Below the pieces are notes generated by a model. It made no database searches. It saw only the letters and a program-made list of their open reading frames with translations, and was not told where the DNA came from. A DNA stretch of 64,000 nt from Eledone cirrhosa (lineage: Eukaryota), in the NCBI GenBank assembly GCA_964016885.1, contig OZ024747.1:72416001-72480000 (forward strand), written 5' to 3'. This document shows positions 28,007-42,800 of the stretch, piece by piece. A program made the translations under genes and the position numbers. Each line of letters begins with the position of its first letter. The first letter of the stretch is position 1.

Positions 28007-29918
28007 CTACCTTTCTGCTTCCCGGGGTTCGGGTCGCACGACTTCCATGGGGTCGGGGGTGTTGGGTGAAGGGGTGTCTTGTGGTGGTGTGGGGTCGTCA
28101 GTGTATGGTGGGGTTGGGGTGTTTGGAGTTGTGTTGGGGAGGGGAAGGGGAGGGGGAAAGCTTTTTAGTAGGACGCGGTTTATGGGTTTGACAGAGGGTG
28201 GTCCTACGTCCTCCTTAAAATCCTTTTTTAGTTTTTGGTAGAGGTTCATTGGGATCTTTATTAGTTTTAAATGTGGGTAGTTTTCTGAAGAAACAAAGTT
28301 TACACCTTCGGTTTGTACCGAAGGATTATTGTTTATGAGTTCATTTAATTTATTATTGTTTCTGTTGATGTAAGTATAGTGTAATGTCTTTTTTTCGGAT
28401 GGTGTGAGTGTTTCGAAGAGGGGAGGGGCAGGTTTGGTTTTGTTTGTTGCTGGAGGGGTATTTTGTGTTTTGTTGGATTGTGTTGACATTTGGGTGGGGG
28501 TTGTTTGGCCTTGTGTGTTTTGCACATGTTTTCTTTTTTTCCTTTTAATCTGTCTGAAGGACTCCGTTTCTTCCTCCGAATTCGTTGGGTTATCTTCAGT
28601 GTTGGAGGGAAGAGGTATGTTTGCTGGTAATGTTTCGGTGTTGTTTTTTTATTGTGGGGGAGATGGATGTCACTATGTTAGACTGTGTTGTGTGTTGTGG
28701 CTGCGGTGGTTGTGTTGTTTTATTGAGTGAGGGGTTGGGTGGGCCTGTATTTTGTTTTTGGGGGATGTGTTGTGACTGTTTGTGTTGTGGTGGTGGTGTA
28801 GTTTTACTGAGGGACGGGTTGGGTGGGACTGAGTTTTGTTGTTTGTTTATCTGTTGTGGTGGTGGTGGTGGAGCTGGTGTTGGTAGCAGGGTTTTCTTTT
28901 TGTTGAGTTGGGGACAAGCCGCCTTCAGGTGCCCTCTGCCTGCACAGATATGACAGGACGGTCTTCTCCCCTCCACGCTAATGTTTATATACCCGTGGCC
29001 CTCTAATAGGATTCTGTCGGGTATTTGGGCGATGCGTTCAGGCTTCATTTGCACTACAAGCTCTATACCTGTTCCACTGAACGCATTGCCTGTGGTTTTC
29101 CCAATGGAAATCACGTTGTCATTCGCTGGATCGATGAAGCCAGCTATGAGCCAGCAGTAGTCCACATCTGGCATCATTGCATCCAGCCATATGCGTTGAG
29201 TTCTTTTACCCATATAAGATGGATAAAAGGTAAAATTTTTCGAACGAATCGATGACAAAGCACATTTTTTTGCCGCCGATTCGTTCTTCATAATAATCGC
29301 TAGGCTTCCATACAGTCTGTCTTTTCTTATGAAAGTGGTTTCATTAAGTACTTCTGTGAGTACTGTTTTGATATCTGTTTGAGTTGGCTGTTCAGGTTTT
29401 TTAGAGGTGTTGTTGATGGTGCGGAAAACGACCGTTCGACTTTCAATGTCTTTGGTGAGTTCTTGAGGCATTTTTACCGATAAAATACCATTCTCTCCTT
29501 CAGTTATATATTGTTTGGCGTCTGCAATTCTTTGTGCCACATCTGATATATTTTCAGGTATATATGTCAAAGATTTCTTTGTTGTTTGTGCAAATAAAAT
29601 CTTATTGGTGTTGACTTTGTCGTCTGCTTTGCTTTCTGTTATGATGTTGTTTTCAAATGTTATTTTTGTGTTTGTTGTGTCTTTGTTTGTGGTATTAATA
29701 TTGTCATGCAATTTTTCAAATTTTTTTTTTTCGTTGTTGGAATCCATGTCCAGATTTGTGTTTTCGTCATTTTTCTCCGCAGATTCGTCTGTTTTTATTT
29801 TATTTTTTCCTTCCTTCTCTATAACGTTAGTTGGGAAGGAAGGGGGGACTAAAGCGTGCGAGCTTACAACTCTTACCGCTGTCCCCCCACCACTATTTTC
29901 ATTAGCTTCGTTTAACAT
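28007..29918 (-). pseudogene. LINE ORF1 (gag-like zinc knuckle, Pro/Thr-rich tail), interrupted
   Basis: ORF 28596-29918 has VEGRRPSCHICAGRGHLKAAC (CX2CX4HX4C); continues in ORF 28007-28525, ending just before the ORF2 ATG. Confidence 0.82.
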
Positions 29919-30175
29919 TTCTGTCAGACGATTGAAATTTTTTTTGCCACAAAATTTTTAAAAACAGGTTTTTCACCCCTGGGAGGGGTAAAGATGAGCT
30001 GACCCACCGCCTGACAGTTCAGACGGGGGGGTCAAGCTACACAATAGTATCAAAATTAAAATTGAACTTACAAAATTTCCGCAATAAATTTGAACAAAAC
30101 TTCTGCGCGAAGTGAATTACATCTACGCTGTAGAACAGACGACAGCTAGATTTGAGATATATATAGAGAGATAGA

Positions 30176-30493
30176 TAGATAAATATACACGGGTGTGTAT
30201 GATTGTGTATAGAAGATTATATTAATAAAAGGAATTCCAACTTTGTCTGATTTACTTGTTTTATTTACAATCCTTTAAAATTTATAATGGTATTAGAATG
30301 AAATATTATGGTAGAATATTAAATGTTAAGTGTTAATTAAACCTGAAGATTGCGAAAGCATGAAAGTACTTGTTCAATTAACACTTAACATTTAATATTC
30401 TACCATAATATTTCATTCTAATACCATTAACATTTTTAAAGGATTGTAAATAAAACAAGTAAATCAGACAAAGTTGGAATTCCTTTTATTAAT
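30176..30493. mobile_element. Family C palindromic pLTR-like element
   Basis: Inverted arms ~30219-30338 and 30376-30493; same family as 60842-61272. Confidence 0.85.
30338..30376 (+). ncRNA. Hammerhead ribozyme, family C
   Basis: AAC-CTGAAGA-T-TGC-GAAA-GCA-T-GAAA-GTACTT-GTT. Confidence 0.75.
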
Positions 30494-30547
30494 ATATATA
30501 TATATATATATACATACATACATATATATATATATACATATATATAC

Positions 30548-30997
30548 ACCTAGGGCGGGTAAAATTCCCGAGATCCATGGACGAGTTCTCTCCAGCGGTC
30601 TCTGTCCCTCATCATTGCTGCCATGTCCTGCGTCTCCAACAGACCAGTGTCTGTCCTTAGGGCATCAACATATGTCAACCTCGGTCTTCCTCTTCCAGTG
30701 TGTCCATGCAGGGGCTCCCACAGGAGCACTGAGTGTAGTGTCAACTCTGGATGTTGGTGAGCATGTCCAACTAACCTCAGTCTCCTCTGTGTCACTTTGG
30801 AGCTGACTTTTGGGAGGCTCCCGTACAGCTCTGAGTCCTCCATCCTCAGTGTATACTGACTAATGTTCAGAGCCATCCTCAGCATTCTCGTGTAGCACCC
30901 ATCCACCATCTGAGTGAGTTTCTTGGTCAGAGTCCAAGTCTCAAGCCCGTACAGCAGCACAGACTCCACTACAGCAATGAAGAGACGGATCTTCAGG
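30548..30997 (-). mobile_element. RTE-clade LINE 3' fragment
   Basis: [49 protein letters not shown]. Confidence 0.88.
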
Positions 30998-32029
30998 TTT
31001 TGATTCTGTGGACCACCAGCTCTGGATGGTGGTGGTGACGGTATGTAGGTGGTGTGCTACATTTTACACCTGCCACCAGCTTTGTAAAATTCTGATCTTC
31101 AGCCAAGGTTGACTCAGGGTTATACGAATACCAACAGTAATAGTAGCTGTTATACAACAACAACAACGACAATACCAAATACCTCATTTCAAAACCAATT
31201 CTATAGAAAACAAAAATCGAAGCTGATTATTAATCACTAATTATGTTCTAGCAAAACACCTTTAATATAGTTTATAATTTGATTACTAATTAGTCGTTAA
31301 ATTACTAATTTTTTGTTTAATTAGTTGTTTGAATATTTGCCACATATATTTCAGCCCAGTGTTTAAATGCTGCTTTACTTAACAGTAATTAATATACTTT
31401 ACCTCGTTACCTTTAATTACTCTATATAAATTACCTCGTATAATTAGTATGCGTTACCCTGTAAAACTATTCCGCTTTATTTTACATAATTATTCTGATT
31501 TACCCTCATTAAATACCCAGTAAAACTATCAACATTTGCTCAGTAAAATTTACACTATTTAACTTATATATAATTACTATTATTTACTTTGTATAAATGA
31601 CCCTTAATTAACCAATTTCAATTACCCCGTATAATTATCATACGTTACTCAGCAAATTTACTCCGTTTTACTCTCTATTATTCTAATTATTCTAGTTTAC
31701 CCCGGTTAATTAATTACTCCGTGTAATTAATTAAGTTAGCAAATGTTAAAGTAGAAACCGGGGACAATTTAGGACAAAGCTGTAAAATTATATAACGAGT
31801 GCTCCTTTGAGTTTCTCTGTTTATGAATCAATAAAAATATGTCATTATTATTGTTTCTGTTGTTTTTGTTTAACTCTAGATCGCTCAATGACGGCTCTTG
31901 CAACTCATTAACAAAAGGAGTTTCAGTTGTACCAGCTGTGGCCATCCTGTTGATTTACTTCTCTCCAGACAGTGTTTCTTCTTCTTCTTCTTCTTCTTCT
32001 TCTTCTTCTTCTTCTTCTTCTTCTTCTTT

Positions 32030-32390
32030 CAAATCCTGCCGAAGTTAGCTTTACCTTTCAGCCTTACGGGGTCGATAAAATGAAGTACCAGTAATGTACT
32101 GGAGTCAATTTAATCGACTTTCACCTCCACCAAAAATTATTGGCCTCGTTCCTAAATCCGAACCCATTATTGGAAGATTGGCAGTATCAATATAGCATCG
32201 AACACCATGATTTGCGGCATATAGTTATGGCTCTTTGCATTCTGAGTTCAAATCCCGCCGAGGTTAGCTTTGCCTTTCATCATTACGGGGTCGATAAAAT
32301 ATAGTACCAGTAATGAACTGAGGTCGATTTAATCGATTTTACCCTCCCACCAAAATTGTTGGCCTTGTGCCTAAATCCGAACCCTTTATT
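32030..32390 (+). mobile_element. Two tandem tRNA-derived SINE copies after (CTT)n
   Basis: TTCAAATCC..TTTGCCTTTCA..TACGGGGTCGATAAAAT..GTACCAG occurs twice. Confidence 0.75.
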
Positions 32391-33039
32391 ATTTCATTCA
32401 CACATAGCTTGCTTTTTAGGAATATTACCCCCCCCCCCTGTACTTGACTGCTACTTTATTTTATCTTATGGACATCGACATTTTTTCCGTCGTCCAAACA
32501 ATTATACCAATTCATGTTTTTCGATATAGCAAAATGTGATTTGAGGGATATTCGACTACCATTTTTAGTATATCAAATGACCATATATATAGGCCCCCGC
32601 ACTCCCACGTTGGTTCGAATTGTTTCTCGTTATTGCTTAAATTTCAACGAAGGCATATTGGGTTCTCAGAATAACGAATGTCCCTTGTGTGTGTGTTGTG
32701 TATTTCAGTGCGTATGTATTTCTGAGTGTTTGGGTGTGTGTATGCGTGTGCTTGTGTGTGTGTGTGTATTTGGGTGCGTATGTGTGCACTTGTGTATGTG
32801 TGTTTGGGTGTGTATGTGCGTGTTTGTGTTTAGTTGTGTGTGTGTGTTTATATGTGTATATGTATGTGTGTAAGGCGAGCACATCGTCATCGTGTATTTC
32901 CGGTGATTAGTTAAGAAATTATTCCTCATTTTAGAAGAAATTCCTATTTCAAATGATTTTAAATGAAATATGAAACAAGAATTCGGGAAATATAAATAAG
33001 AATGAAGCACACACATATATATATATGTGTGTGCGTGTC

Positions 33040-33077
<38 letters not shown>

Positions 33078-33092
33078 GACACACACACATAT

Positions 33093-33144
<52 letters not shown>

Positions 33145-33754
33145 GACACACACACACATATATCTATATATACGAGTATATTGTAGACATTCACATCATG
33201 ACAAGAATACGTATAAGGGTCGGATGAGATGGTTGAATGCTATTTTTGTATCTTCTTTTTGTTTTTTGGTCTTTTGTGTGTGTGAGTGTGTTGGAGGGGG
33301 GGGGGGAGTATCCATAACCTCGTGACGACAAGAGTTTTTTTTTAGTGAAACTGGTTAAACGGTAACAGTTTGGGATCTTGTCGAATGGACTATAGCTGTA
33401 ATTTAAAAGGCCAGCTTTGTCACACAATGTGACAGAGGTATCACCAGCGGGTATCTACATCAATGGTGCACGCGTTTGTGGATTGATCAGACACTTGTAC
33501 GTTTCACAAGTAGGCTCTTCAGTTGATCTAACAACTGAAACGCCCATCGTCGAAACTAACAAAATACTTTCAAACTTTTATGTGTAAGATATGATATATA
33601 TCTGGGTATGGGTGTCATTGAGGTGATCTCTGTGGGGCCATGGACTTTTTCAAACTTTAATGTGTATGATATATTATACATGTGGTCCATTGAAATGTTC
33701 TCTGTGGGTCTCGGGCCATTTCAAATTTATATATGTAAGATATGATACATCTAA

Positions 33755-34085
33755 AGAAGGTGGAAAGGCCGAACACGCTGTCTTCAATTCAGTATTCGTG
33801 CTTACCCTTAACTATGGTCATGAATGTTGGTTAATGACAAGAATACGATCGTGAATACAAGCGGTCGGAATGGGGTTCCCTCCGAAGGTTCTTTGTAGTA
33901 ACATTACTCGATAGGGTGAGTGATTCGGAGATCAGAGAGTCGCTCCAGGTAGAGCCGCTACTTCTCCGAATCGAGAAATCACAGCTCTGATATTACGGGC
34001 ATGTGGTGAGAATATCTCAGGAAAGAATCGTTGAACAGATTTTACGAGCAAAACCAACTGGCAGAAGACCCAAGGGTAGACGACG
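33755..34085 (+). mobile_element. Degenerate RTE LINE fragment
   Basis: VFNSVFV.TLNYGHECW..QAV..EIRESLQVEPLLLRIEKSQL*YYGHVVR..GRRPKGR. Confidence 0.75.
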
Positions 34086-34696
34086 ACGACGTGTTCTCTG
34101 TCAACCTTGATTTAGCACTCAAATCTCCCCCAAAATCACACAATAAGGTCATAGAATAAGGACGCATTTAATATTGTCGTCCTGGGTTCCCTACACAACG
34201 GAATTGTCATGGATGGAATGACTTTGATCATACGTTTGTTTGATTAGAACTGACCTGTGGTTTAACATCATTATCATCATCATTATCATCATCATCATCA
34301 TTATCATCATCATCATCAATATCAACACTTTAATATAAAACATGTCAGAAAAATTAGGCAATATTTTAATGTGAAATCCGCATGTGTGGAGTATGTGTCT
34401 GTGTTTATGTAGAGGGAGGGAGGGAGAGAGAGAGGGGGAGGGAGATAGAAAGGGAGAGTAATAAATCAAAACAAGGCCAATTGATAAAATAAATGTCATT
34501 TTCCTTTTCTTCTGTTTCAACCTATTCTTAATAAAAGAAACCCACAAATTGCCAGGACAATAAAAACTAAACCATAAACATAAATTGTTTATTAGTATCT
34601 CTATGTTGTTATTGTTGTGTTTATTGTTTTCTTTTAAATGAATCACCTACTTATTATATTGTGTCGTGTAGCTAGAGTGTAATACTTCTAGCCTCA

Positions 34697-34840
<144 letters not shown>

Positions 34841-35049
34841 TATGTACACGCACATACATATATGTATACAGACGTACAGTAGTATGTATATATATATATA
34901 TACATACATGCACACATATATATATATATGTACGTATGGATTCACCGAACATTTATTATAATGCTCGGTGTGTTTGTAAACAAACATCCCGTATTAAGCC
35001 GTAGTGTCCAGCAACTATCGTTGCTCGTTTGTTCAACACTGACAAAGGA

Positions 35050-35092
35050 ACGCTGTACTAGTTTCAAGCTTATTAGCTATCGTCAGCAACGT
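35050..35092 (-). ncRNA. Hammerhead ribozyme, family A
   Basis: ACGTTG-CTGACGA-TAGCTAATAAGCTT-GAAA-CTAGTA-CAGCGT. Confidence 0.85.
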
Positions 35093-35247
35093 ATACCTTC
35101 CTGCCAGATTGTTGAACGTATATACTTACCTTATGCATATTAACGGCTGAGTAGCCCAATTTGCATATCGAGTGGGTTAATTGGGCTACTCAGCCGTTAA
35201 TATGCATAAGGTAAGTATATGCGTTCAACAATCTGGCAGGAAGGTAT

Positions 35248-35290
35248 ACGTTGCTGACGATAGCTAATAAGCTTGAAACTAGTACAGCGT
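35248..35290 (+). ncRNA. Hammerhead ribozyme, family A
   Basis: Same motif, plus strand. Confidence 0.85.
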
Positions 35291-35574
35291 TCCTTTGTCA
35301 GTGTTGAACAAACGAGCAACGATAGTTGCTGGACACTACGGCTTAATACGGGATGTTTGTTTACAAACACACCGAGCATTATAATAAATGTTCGGTGAAT
35401 CCATACGTACATATATATATATATGTGTGCATGTATGTATATATATATATATATACATACTACTGTACGTCTGTATACATATATGTATGTGCGTGTACAT
35501 ACTTATATTTAAGTAACAGCCGTACTAAGAGTGGGAAATGAAATTTCGTTTCATTTTTTCCGTTTATATATATA

Positions 35575-35923
35575 TATTAGTAAAAAGGAAAAGAAAATGC
35601 TGACAAATTTTTCCCAGTGAAAAATACTTTAATTAGGAATAAGTATTAAATTAGTAATAAGTATTAGTTAGTATTCAGTTTTAGTTTTAAGTTTTTACCG
35701 GTTGCACGTTTCTTATGCTTTTCAAAAATAATTTTGAGATAGAATGCTTGTGATTTTTGCTCTAATTTAGAGAAAAAATCACGAGCACTCTATTTCAAAA
35801 TAGAAATGCGCAACTGGTAAAAACTTAAAACTAAAACTGAATACTAACTAATACTTATTCCTACTTAAACTATTTTTCACTGGGAAAAATTTGTCAGCAT
35901 TTTTTTTTCATTTTTACTAATAT
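35575..35923. repeat. Imperfect palindrome in TA context
   Basis: ATGCTGACAAATTTTTCCCAGTG ... CACTGGGAAAAATTTGTCAGCAT. Confidence 0.8.
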
Positions 35924-35973
35924 ATCACTACTCGTGTGTCACACCTCTATTTTTTTAAATATATATATATATA

Positions 35974-36079
35974 TAGGAAAATGTATGACCCCGACGGCAA
36001 AGCGCAAGCCATTTCGGCGGCTATGAAATAGCCGTCGAAACGGCTTGAGCTCTGCCGTCGGGGTCATACATTTTCCTAT
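35974..36079. repeat. GC-rich ~105-bp hairpin palindrome
   Basis: TAGGAAAATGTATGACCCCGACGGCA ... TGCCGTCGGGGTCATACATTTTCCTA. Confidence 0.85.
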
Positions 36080-36156
36080 TACCCACTCTACTACCCTAAG
36101 TATTGAGTACTCTGGTGCGTTATGGTCCATCTGGTTCCTTACCACAACTCCTTTGT

Positions 36157-36187
<31 letters not shown>

Positions 36188-36829
36188 GTGTGTGCGTGTG
36201 CGTGTGTGCGTGCGTGTGTATGTGTGTGTGTTTGTGTTTGTCTGAGTGTGCGTGTGCATATATATATGTATGTGTGTTTGCCTGCCTATGTTTGTGTTTA
36301 TGTCTTGAAACATGGTGGTTCGTCAGAAAGAGATCGATAAATAAGTATTGGGGTTGATGTGATGGGCTTTAGTGACAGTCTGTTTATGTCCCAACCCCCT
36401 CTACATACACAAACACAGAAACAGTTAGGGGTTAAAAAGACATAAGGGTAAATTTAGGAAGAAATGGCTTCCCGAATTCCTGTTGCTCCCCACATTTAGA
36501 ACCATAGATTTAACAAATTCTTCAGACGATGCTGACATCGGCTTTCGTCTCTTCAGATCGATAAAATAAGAACCAGCCTTGTAGGTGACTCGATTCAATC
36601 GACTAGGCAGTATTCCTTAAATTGGTCTTTAACCAATATGTGAAAATCGACGTTTTATCGAAATCAATAAATTCAAAAATTTAATCAATAATAAATCGAT
36701 GATAAATCGATGATAAATCGATGAATCGATAAAGATAATCAATTGTCGGGGAAATTGTTCCACCTTCAAAGACTCTTTTCCTTTTGATTGGGTTCCTACT
36801 CTGCTATGCTGTTTGCTATCTCGACCAAA

Positions 36830-39800
36830 CCACACTACACTACACCTCTCTGCACCACACAACAACACACAACACTACACTACACCACTCTGCACCACAC
36901 AACACTACACTACACCACTCTGCACCACACAACACCACACAACACTACACTACACCACTCTGCACCACACAACACCACACAACACTACACTACACCATTC
37001 TGCACCACACAACACCACACAACACTACACTACACCACTCTGCACCACACAACACCACACAACACTACACTACACCACTCTGCACCACACAACACCACAC
37101 AACACTACACTACACCATTCTGCACCACACAACACCACACAACACTACACTACACCATTCTGCACCACACAACACCACACAACACTACACTACACCACTC
37201 TGCACCACACAACACTACACTACACCACTCTACACCACACAACACCACACAACACTACACTACACCATTCTGCACCACACAACACCACACAACACTACAC
37301 TACACCACTCTGCACCACACAACACCACACAACACTACACTACACAACTCTGCAGCACACAACACCACACAACACTACACTACACCACTCTGCAGCACAC
37401 AACACCAAACCACACTACACTACACGACTCTGCACCACACAACACCACACAACACTACACTACACCATTCTGCACCACACAACACCACACAACACTACAC
37501 TACACCATTCTGCACCACACAACACCACACAACACTACACTACACCACTCTGCACCACACAACACTACACTACACCACTCTGCACCACACAACACTACAC
37601 TACACCATTCTGCACCACACAACACCACACAACACTACACTACACCACTCTGCACCACACAACACCACACAACACTACACTACACCACTCTGCAGCACAC
37701 AACACCACACAACACTACACTAAACCACTCTGCAGCACACAATACCACACAACACTACACTACACCATTCTGCACCACACAACACCACACAACACTACAC
37801 TACACAATTCTGCACCACACAACAACACACAACACTACACTACACCATTCTGCACCACACAACACCACACAACACTACACTACACCACTCTGCACCACAC
37901 ACCAGCACACAACACTACACTACACAATTCTGCACCACACAACAACACACAACACTACACTACACTACACCACTCTGCACCACACACCAACACACAACAC
38001 TACACTACACCATTCTGCACCACACAACACCACACAACACTACACTACACCATTCTGCACCACTCTGCACCACACAGCACTACACCACTCTGCACCACAG
38101 AACACCACACAACACTACACTACACCACTCTGCACCACACAACACCACACAACATTACACTACACCATTCTGCACCACACAACACCACACAACACTACAC
38201 TACACCACTCTGCACCACACACCAACACACAACACTACACTACACAATTCTGCACCACACAACAAGACACAACACTACACTACACCACTCTGCACCACAC
38301 AACACCACACAACACTACACCACTCTGCACCACAGAACACCACACAACACTACACTACACCATTCTGCACCACACAACACCACACAACACTACACTACAC
38401 CATTCTGCACCACACAACACCACACAACACCACACAACACTACACTACACCACTCTGCACCACACACCAACACACAACACTACACTACACAATTCTGCAC
38501 CACACAACAACACACAACACTACACCACTCTGCACCACACAACACCACACAACACTACACCACTCTGCACCACAGAACACCACACAACACTACACTACAC
38601 CACTCTGCACCACACAACACCACACAACACTACACTACACCACTCTGCACCACTCTGCACCACACAGCACTACACCACTCTGCACCACAGAACACCACAC
38701 AACACTACACTACACCACTCTGCACCACACAACACCACACAACACTACACTACACCACTCTGCACCACACAACACCACACAACACTACACTACACCACTC
38801 TGCACCACACAACACCACACAACACTACACTACACCACTCTGCACCACACAACACCACACAACACTACGCTACAACACTCTGCACCACACAACACCACAC
38901 AACACTACACTACACCACTCTGCACCACTCTGCACCACACAACACTACACTACACCACTCTGCACCACACAACACTACGCTACACCACTCTGAACCACAC
39001 AACACCACACAACACTACACTACACCACTCTGCACCACTCTGCACAACACAACACCACACAACACTACACTACACCACTCTGCACCACACAACACCACAC
39101 AACACCACACAACACCACACAACACCACACAACACTACACGACACCACTCTGCACGACTCTGCACCACACAACACCACACAACACCACACAACACCACAC
39201 AACACTACACTACACCATTCTGCACCACACAACACCACACAAAACTACACTACACCACTCTGCACCACACAACACCACACAACACCACACAACCCTACAC
39301 GACACCACTCTGCGCGACTCTGCACCACACAACACCACACAACACCACACAACACTACACTACACCACTCTGCACCATTCTGCACCACACAACACCACAC
39401 AACACTACACTACACCATTCTGCACCACACAACACCACACAACACTACACTACACCACTCTACACCACACAACACCACACAATACTACACTACACCACTC
39501 TGCACCACACAACACCACACAACACTACACTACACCACTCTGCACTTCACAACACCACACAACACTACACTACACCACTCTGCACCACACAACAACACAC
39601 AACGCTACACTACACCACTCTGCACGACACAACACCACACAACACTACACTACACCACTCTGCACCACACAACATTACACTACACCACTCTGCACCACAC
39701 AACACCACACAACACTACACTACACCACTCTGCACCACACAACACCACACAACACTACACTACACCAGTCTGCACCACACAACACCATACAACACTACAC

Positions 39801-42800
39801 TACACCACTCTGCACCACACACCAACACACATCACTACACTACACCACTCTGCACCACTCTGCACCACACAACACCACACAACACTACACTACACAATTC
39901 TGCACCACACCACACCACACCACACAACACTACACTACACCATTCTGCACCACACAACACCACACAGCACTACACTACACCACTCTGCACCACTCTGCAC
40001 CACACAACACTACACTACACCACTCTGCACCACACAACACCACACAACACTACACTACACCACTCTCCCCCACTCTGCACCACACAACGCTACACTACAC
40101 CACTCTGCACGACACAACACCACACAACACTACACTACACCACTCTCCCCCACTGTGCACCACACAACACTACACTACACCACTCTGCACCACACAACAC
40201 TACACTACACCACTCTCCCCCACTCTGCACCACACAACACTACACTACACCACTCTGCACCACACAACACCACACAACACTACACTACACCACTCTGCAG
40301 CACACAACACCACACAACACTACACTACACCACTCTGCAGCACACAACACCACACAACACTACACTACACCACTCTCCCCCACTCTGCACCACACAACAC
40401 TACACTACACCACTCTCCCCCACTCTGCACCACACAACACTACACTACACCACTCTGCCCCACTCTGCACCACACAACACTACACTACACCATTCTGCAC
40501 CACACAACACCACACAACACTACACTACACCACTCTCCCCCACTCTGCACCACACAACACTAAACTACACCACTCTCCCCCACTCTGCACCACACAACAA
40601 TACACTACACCATTCTGCACCACACAACACCACACAACACTACACTACACCACTCTGCACCACACAACACCACACAACACTACACTACACCACTCTGCAC
40701 CAAACACCAACACACAACACTACACTACACCATTCTGCACCACACAACACCACACAACACTACACTACACCATTCTGCACCACACAACACCACACAACAC
40801 TACACTACACCACTCTGCACCACACACCAACACACAACACTACACTACACTATTCTGCACCACACAACACCACACAACACTACACTACACAATTCTGCAC
40901 CACACAACACCACACAACACTACACTACACCACTCTGCACCACACACCAGCACACAACACTACACTACACAATTCTGCACCACACAACAACACACAACAC
41001 TACACTACACTACACCACTCTGCACCACACACCAACACACAACACTACACTACACCATTCTGCACCACACAACACCACACAACACTACACTACACCATTC
41101 TGCACCACACAACACCACACAACACTACACTACACAACTCTGCACCACACACCAACACACAACACTACACTACACAATTCTGCACCACACAACACCACAC
41201 AACATTACACTACACGATTCTGCACCACACAACACCACACAACACTACACTACACCACTCTGCACCACACACCAACACACAACACTACACTACACAATTC
41301 TGCACCACACAACAACACACAACACTACACTACACCACTCTGCACCACACAACACCACACAACACTACACCACTCTGCACCACAGAACACCACACAACAC
41401 TACACTACACCATTCTGCACCACACAACACCACACAACACTACACTACACCATTCTGCACCACACAACACCACACAACACTACACTACACCACTCTGCAC
41501 CACACACCAACACACAACACTACACTACACAATTCTGCACCACACAACAACACACAACACTACACTACACCACTCTGCACCACACAACACCACACAACAC
41601 TACACCACTCTGCACCACAGAACACCACACAACACTACACTACACCACTCTGCACCACACAACACCACACAACACTACACTACACTACTCTGCACCACTC
41701 TGCACCACACAGCACTACACCACTCTGCACCACAGAACACCACACAACACTACACTACACCACTCTGCACCACACAACACCACACAACACTACACTACAC
41801 CACTCTGCACCACACAACACCACACAACACTACACTACAACACTCTGCACCACACAACACCACACAACACTACACTACACCACTCTGCACCACACAACAC
41901 CACACAACACTACGCTACACCACTCTGCACCACACAACACCACACAACACTACACTACACCACTCTGCACCACTCTGCACCACACAACACCACACAACAC
42001 TACACTACACCACTCTGCACCACTCTGCACCACTCTGCACCACACAACACCACACAACACTACACTACACCACTCTGCACCACACAGCACCACACAACAC
42101 TACACTACACCACTCTGCACCACACAACACTACGCTACACCACTCTGCACCACACAACACCACACAACACTACACTACACCACTCTGCACCACTCTGCAC
42201 AACACAACACCACACAACACTACACTACACCACTCTGCACCACACAACACCACACAACACCACACAACACTACACGACACCACTCTGCACGACTCTGCAC
42301 CACACAACACCACACAACACCACACAACACTACACTACACCATTCTGCACCACACAACACCACACAACACTACACTACACCACTCTGCACCACACAACAC
42401 CACACAACACTACACTACACTACTCTGCACCACTCTGCACCACACAGCACTACACCACTCTGCACCACACTACACCACTCTGCACCACACAACACCACAC
42501 AACACCACACAACCCTACACGACACCACTCTGCGCGACTCTGCACCACACAACGCCACACAACACCACACAACACTACACTACACCACTCTGCACCATTC
42601 TGCACCACACAACACCACACAACACTACACTACACCATTCTGCACCACACAACACCACACAACACTACACTACACCACTCTACACCACACAACACCACAC
42701 AACACTACACTACACCACTCTGCACCACACAACACCACACAACACTACACTACACCACTCTGCACTACACAACACCACACAACACTACACTACACCACTC

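Larger units (their letters stand above)
24555..30150 (-). mobile_element. Near full-length Tx1/L1-clade LINE, disrupted
   Basis: ORF1 with CCHC knuckle, ORF2 APE-RT-C-terminal Zn motif, AATAAA at 3' end, (TA/GATA)n flanks. Confidence 0.92.

Noticed and set aside
31190-31740. AT-rich region with recurring TAATTAC(C/T)C words
   Set aside because: Degenerate low-complexity repeat without a defined period or evident function
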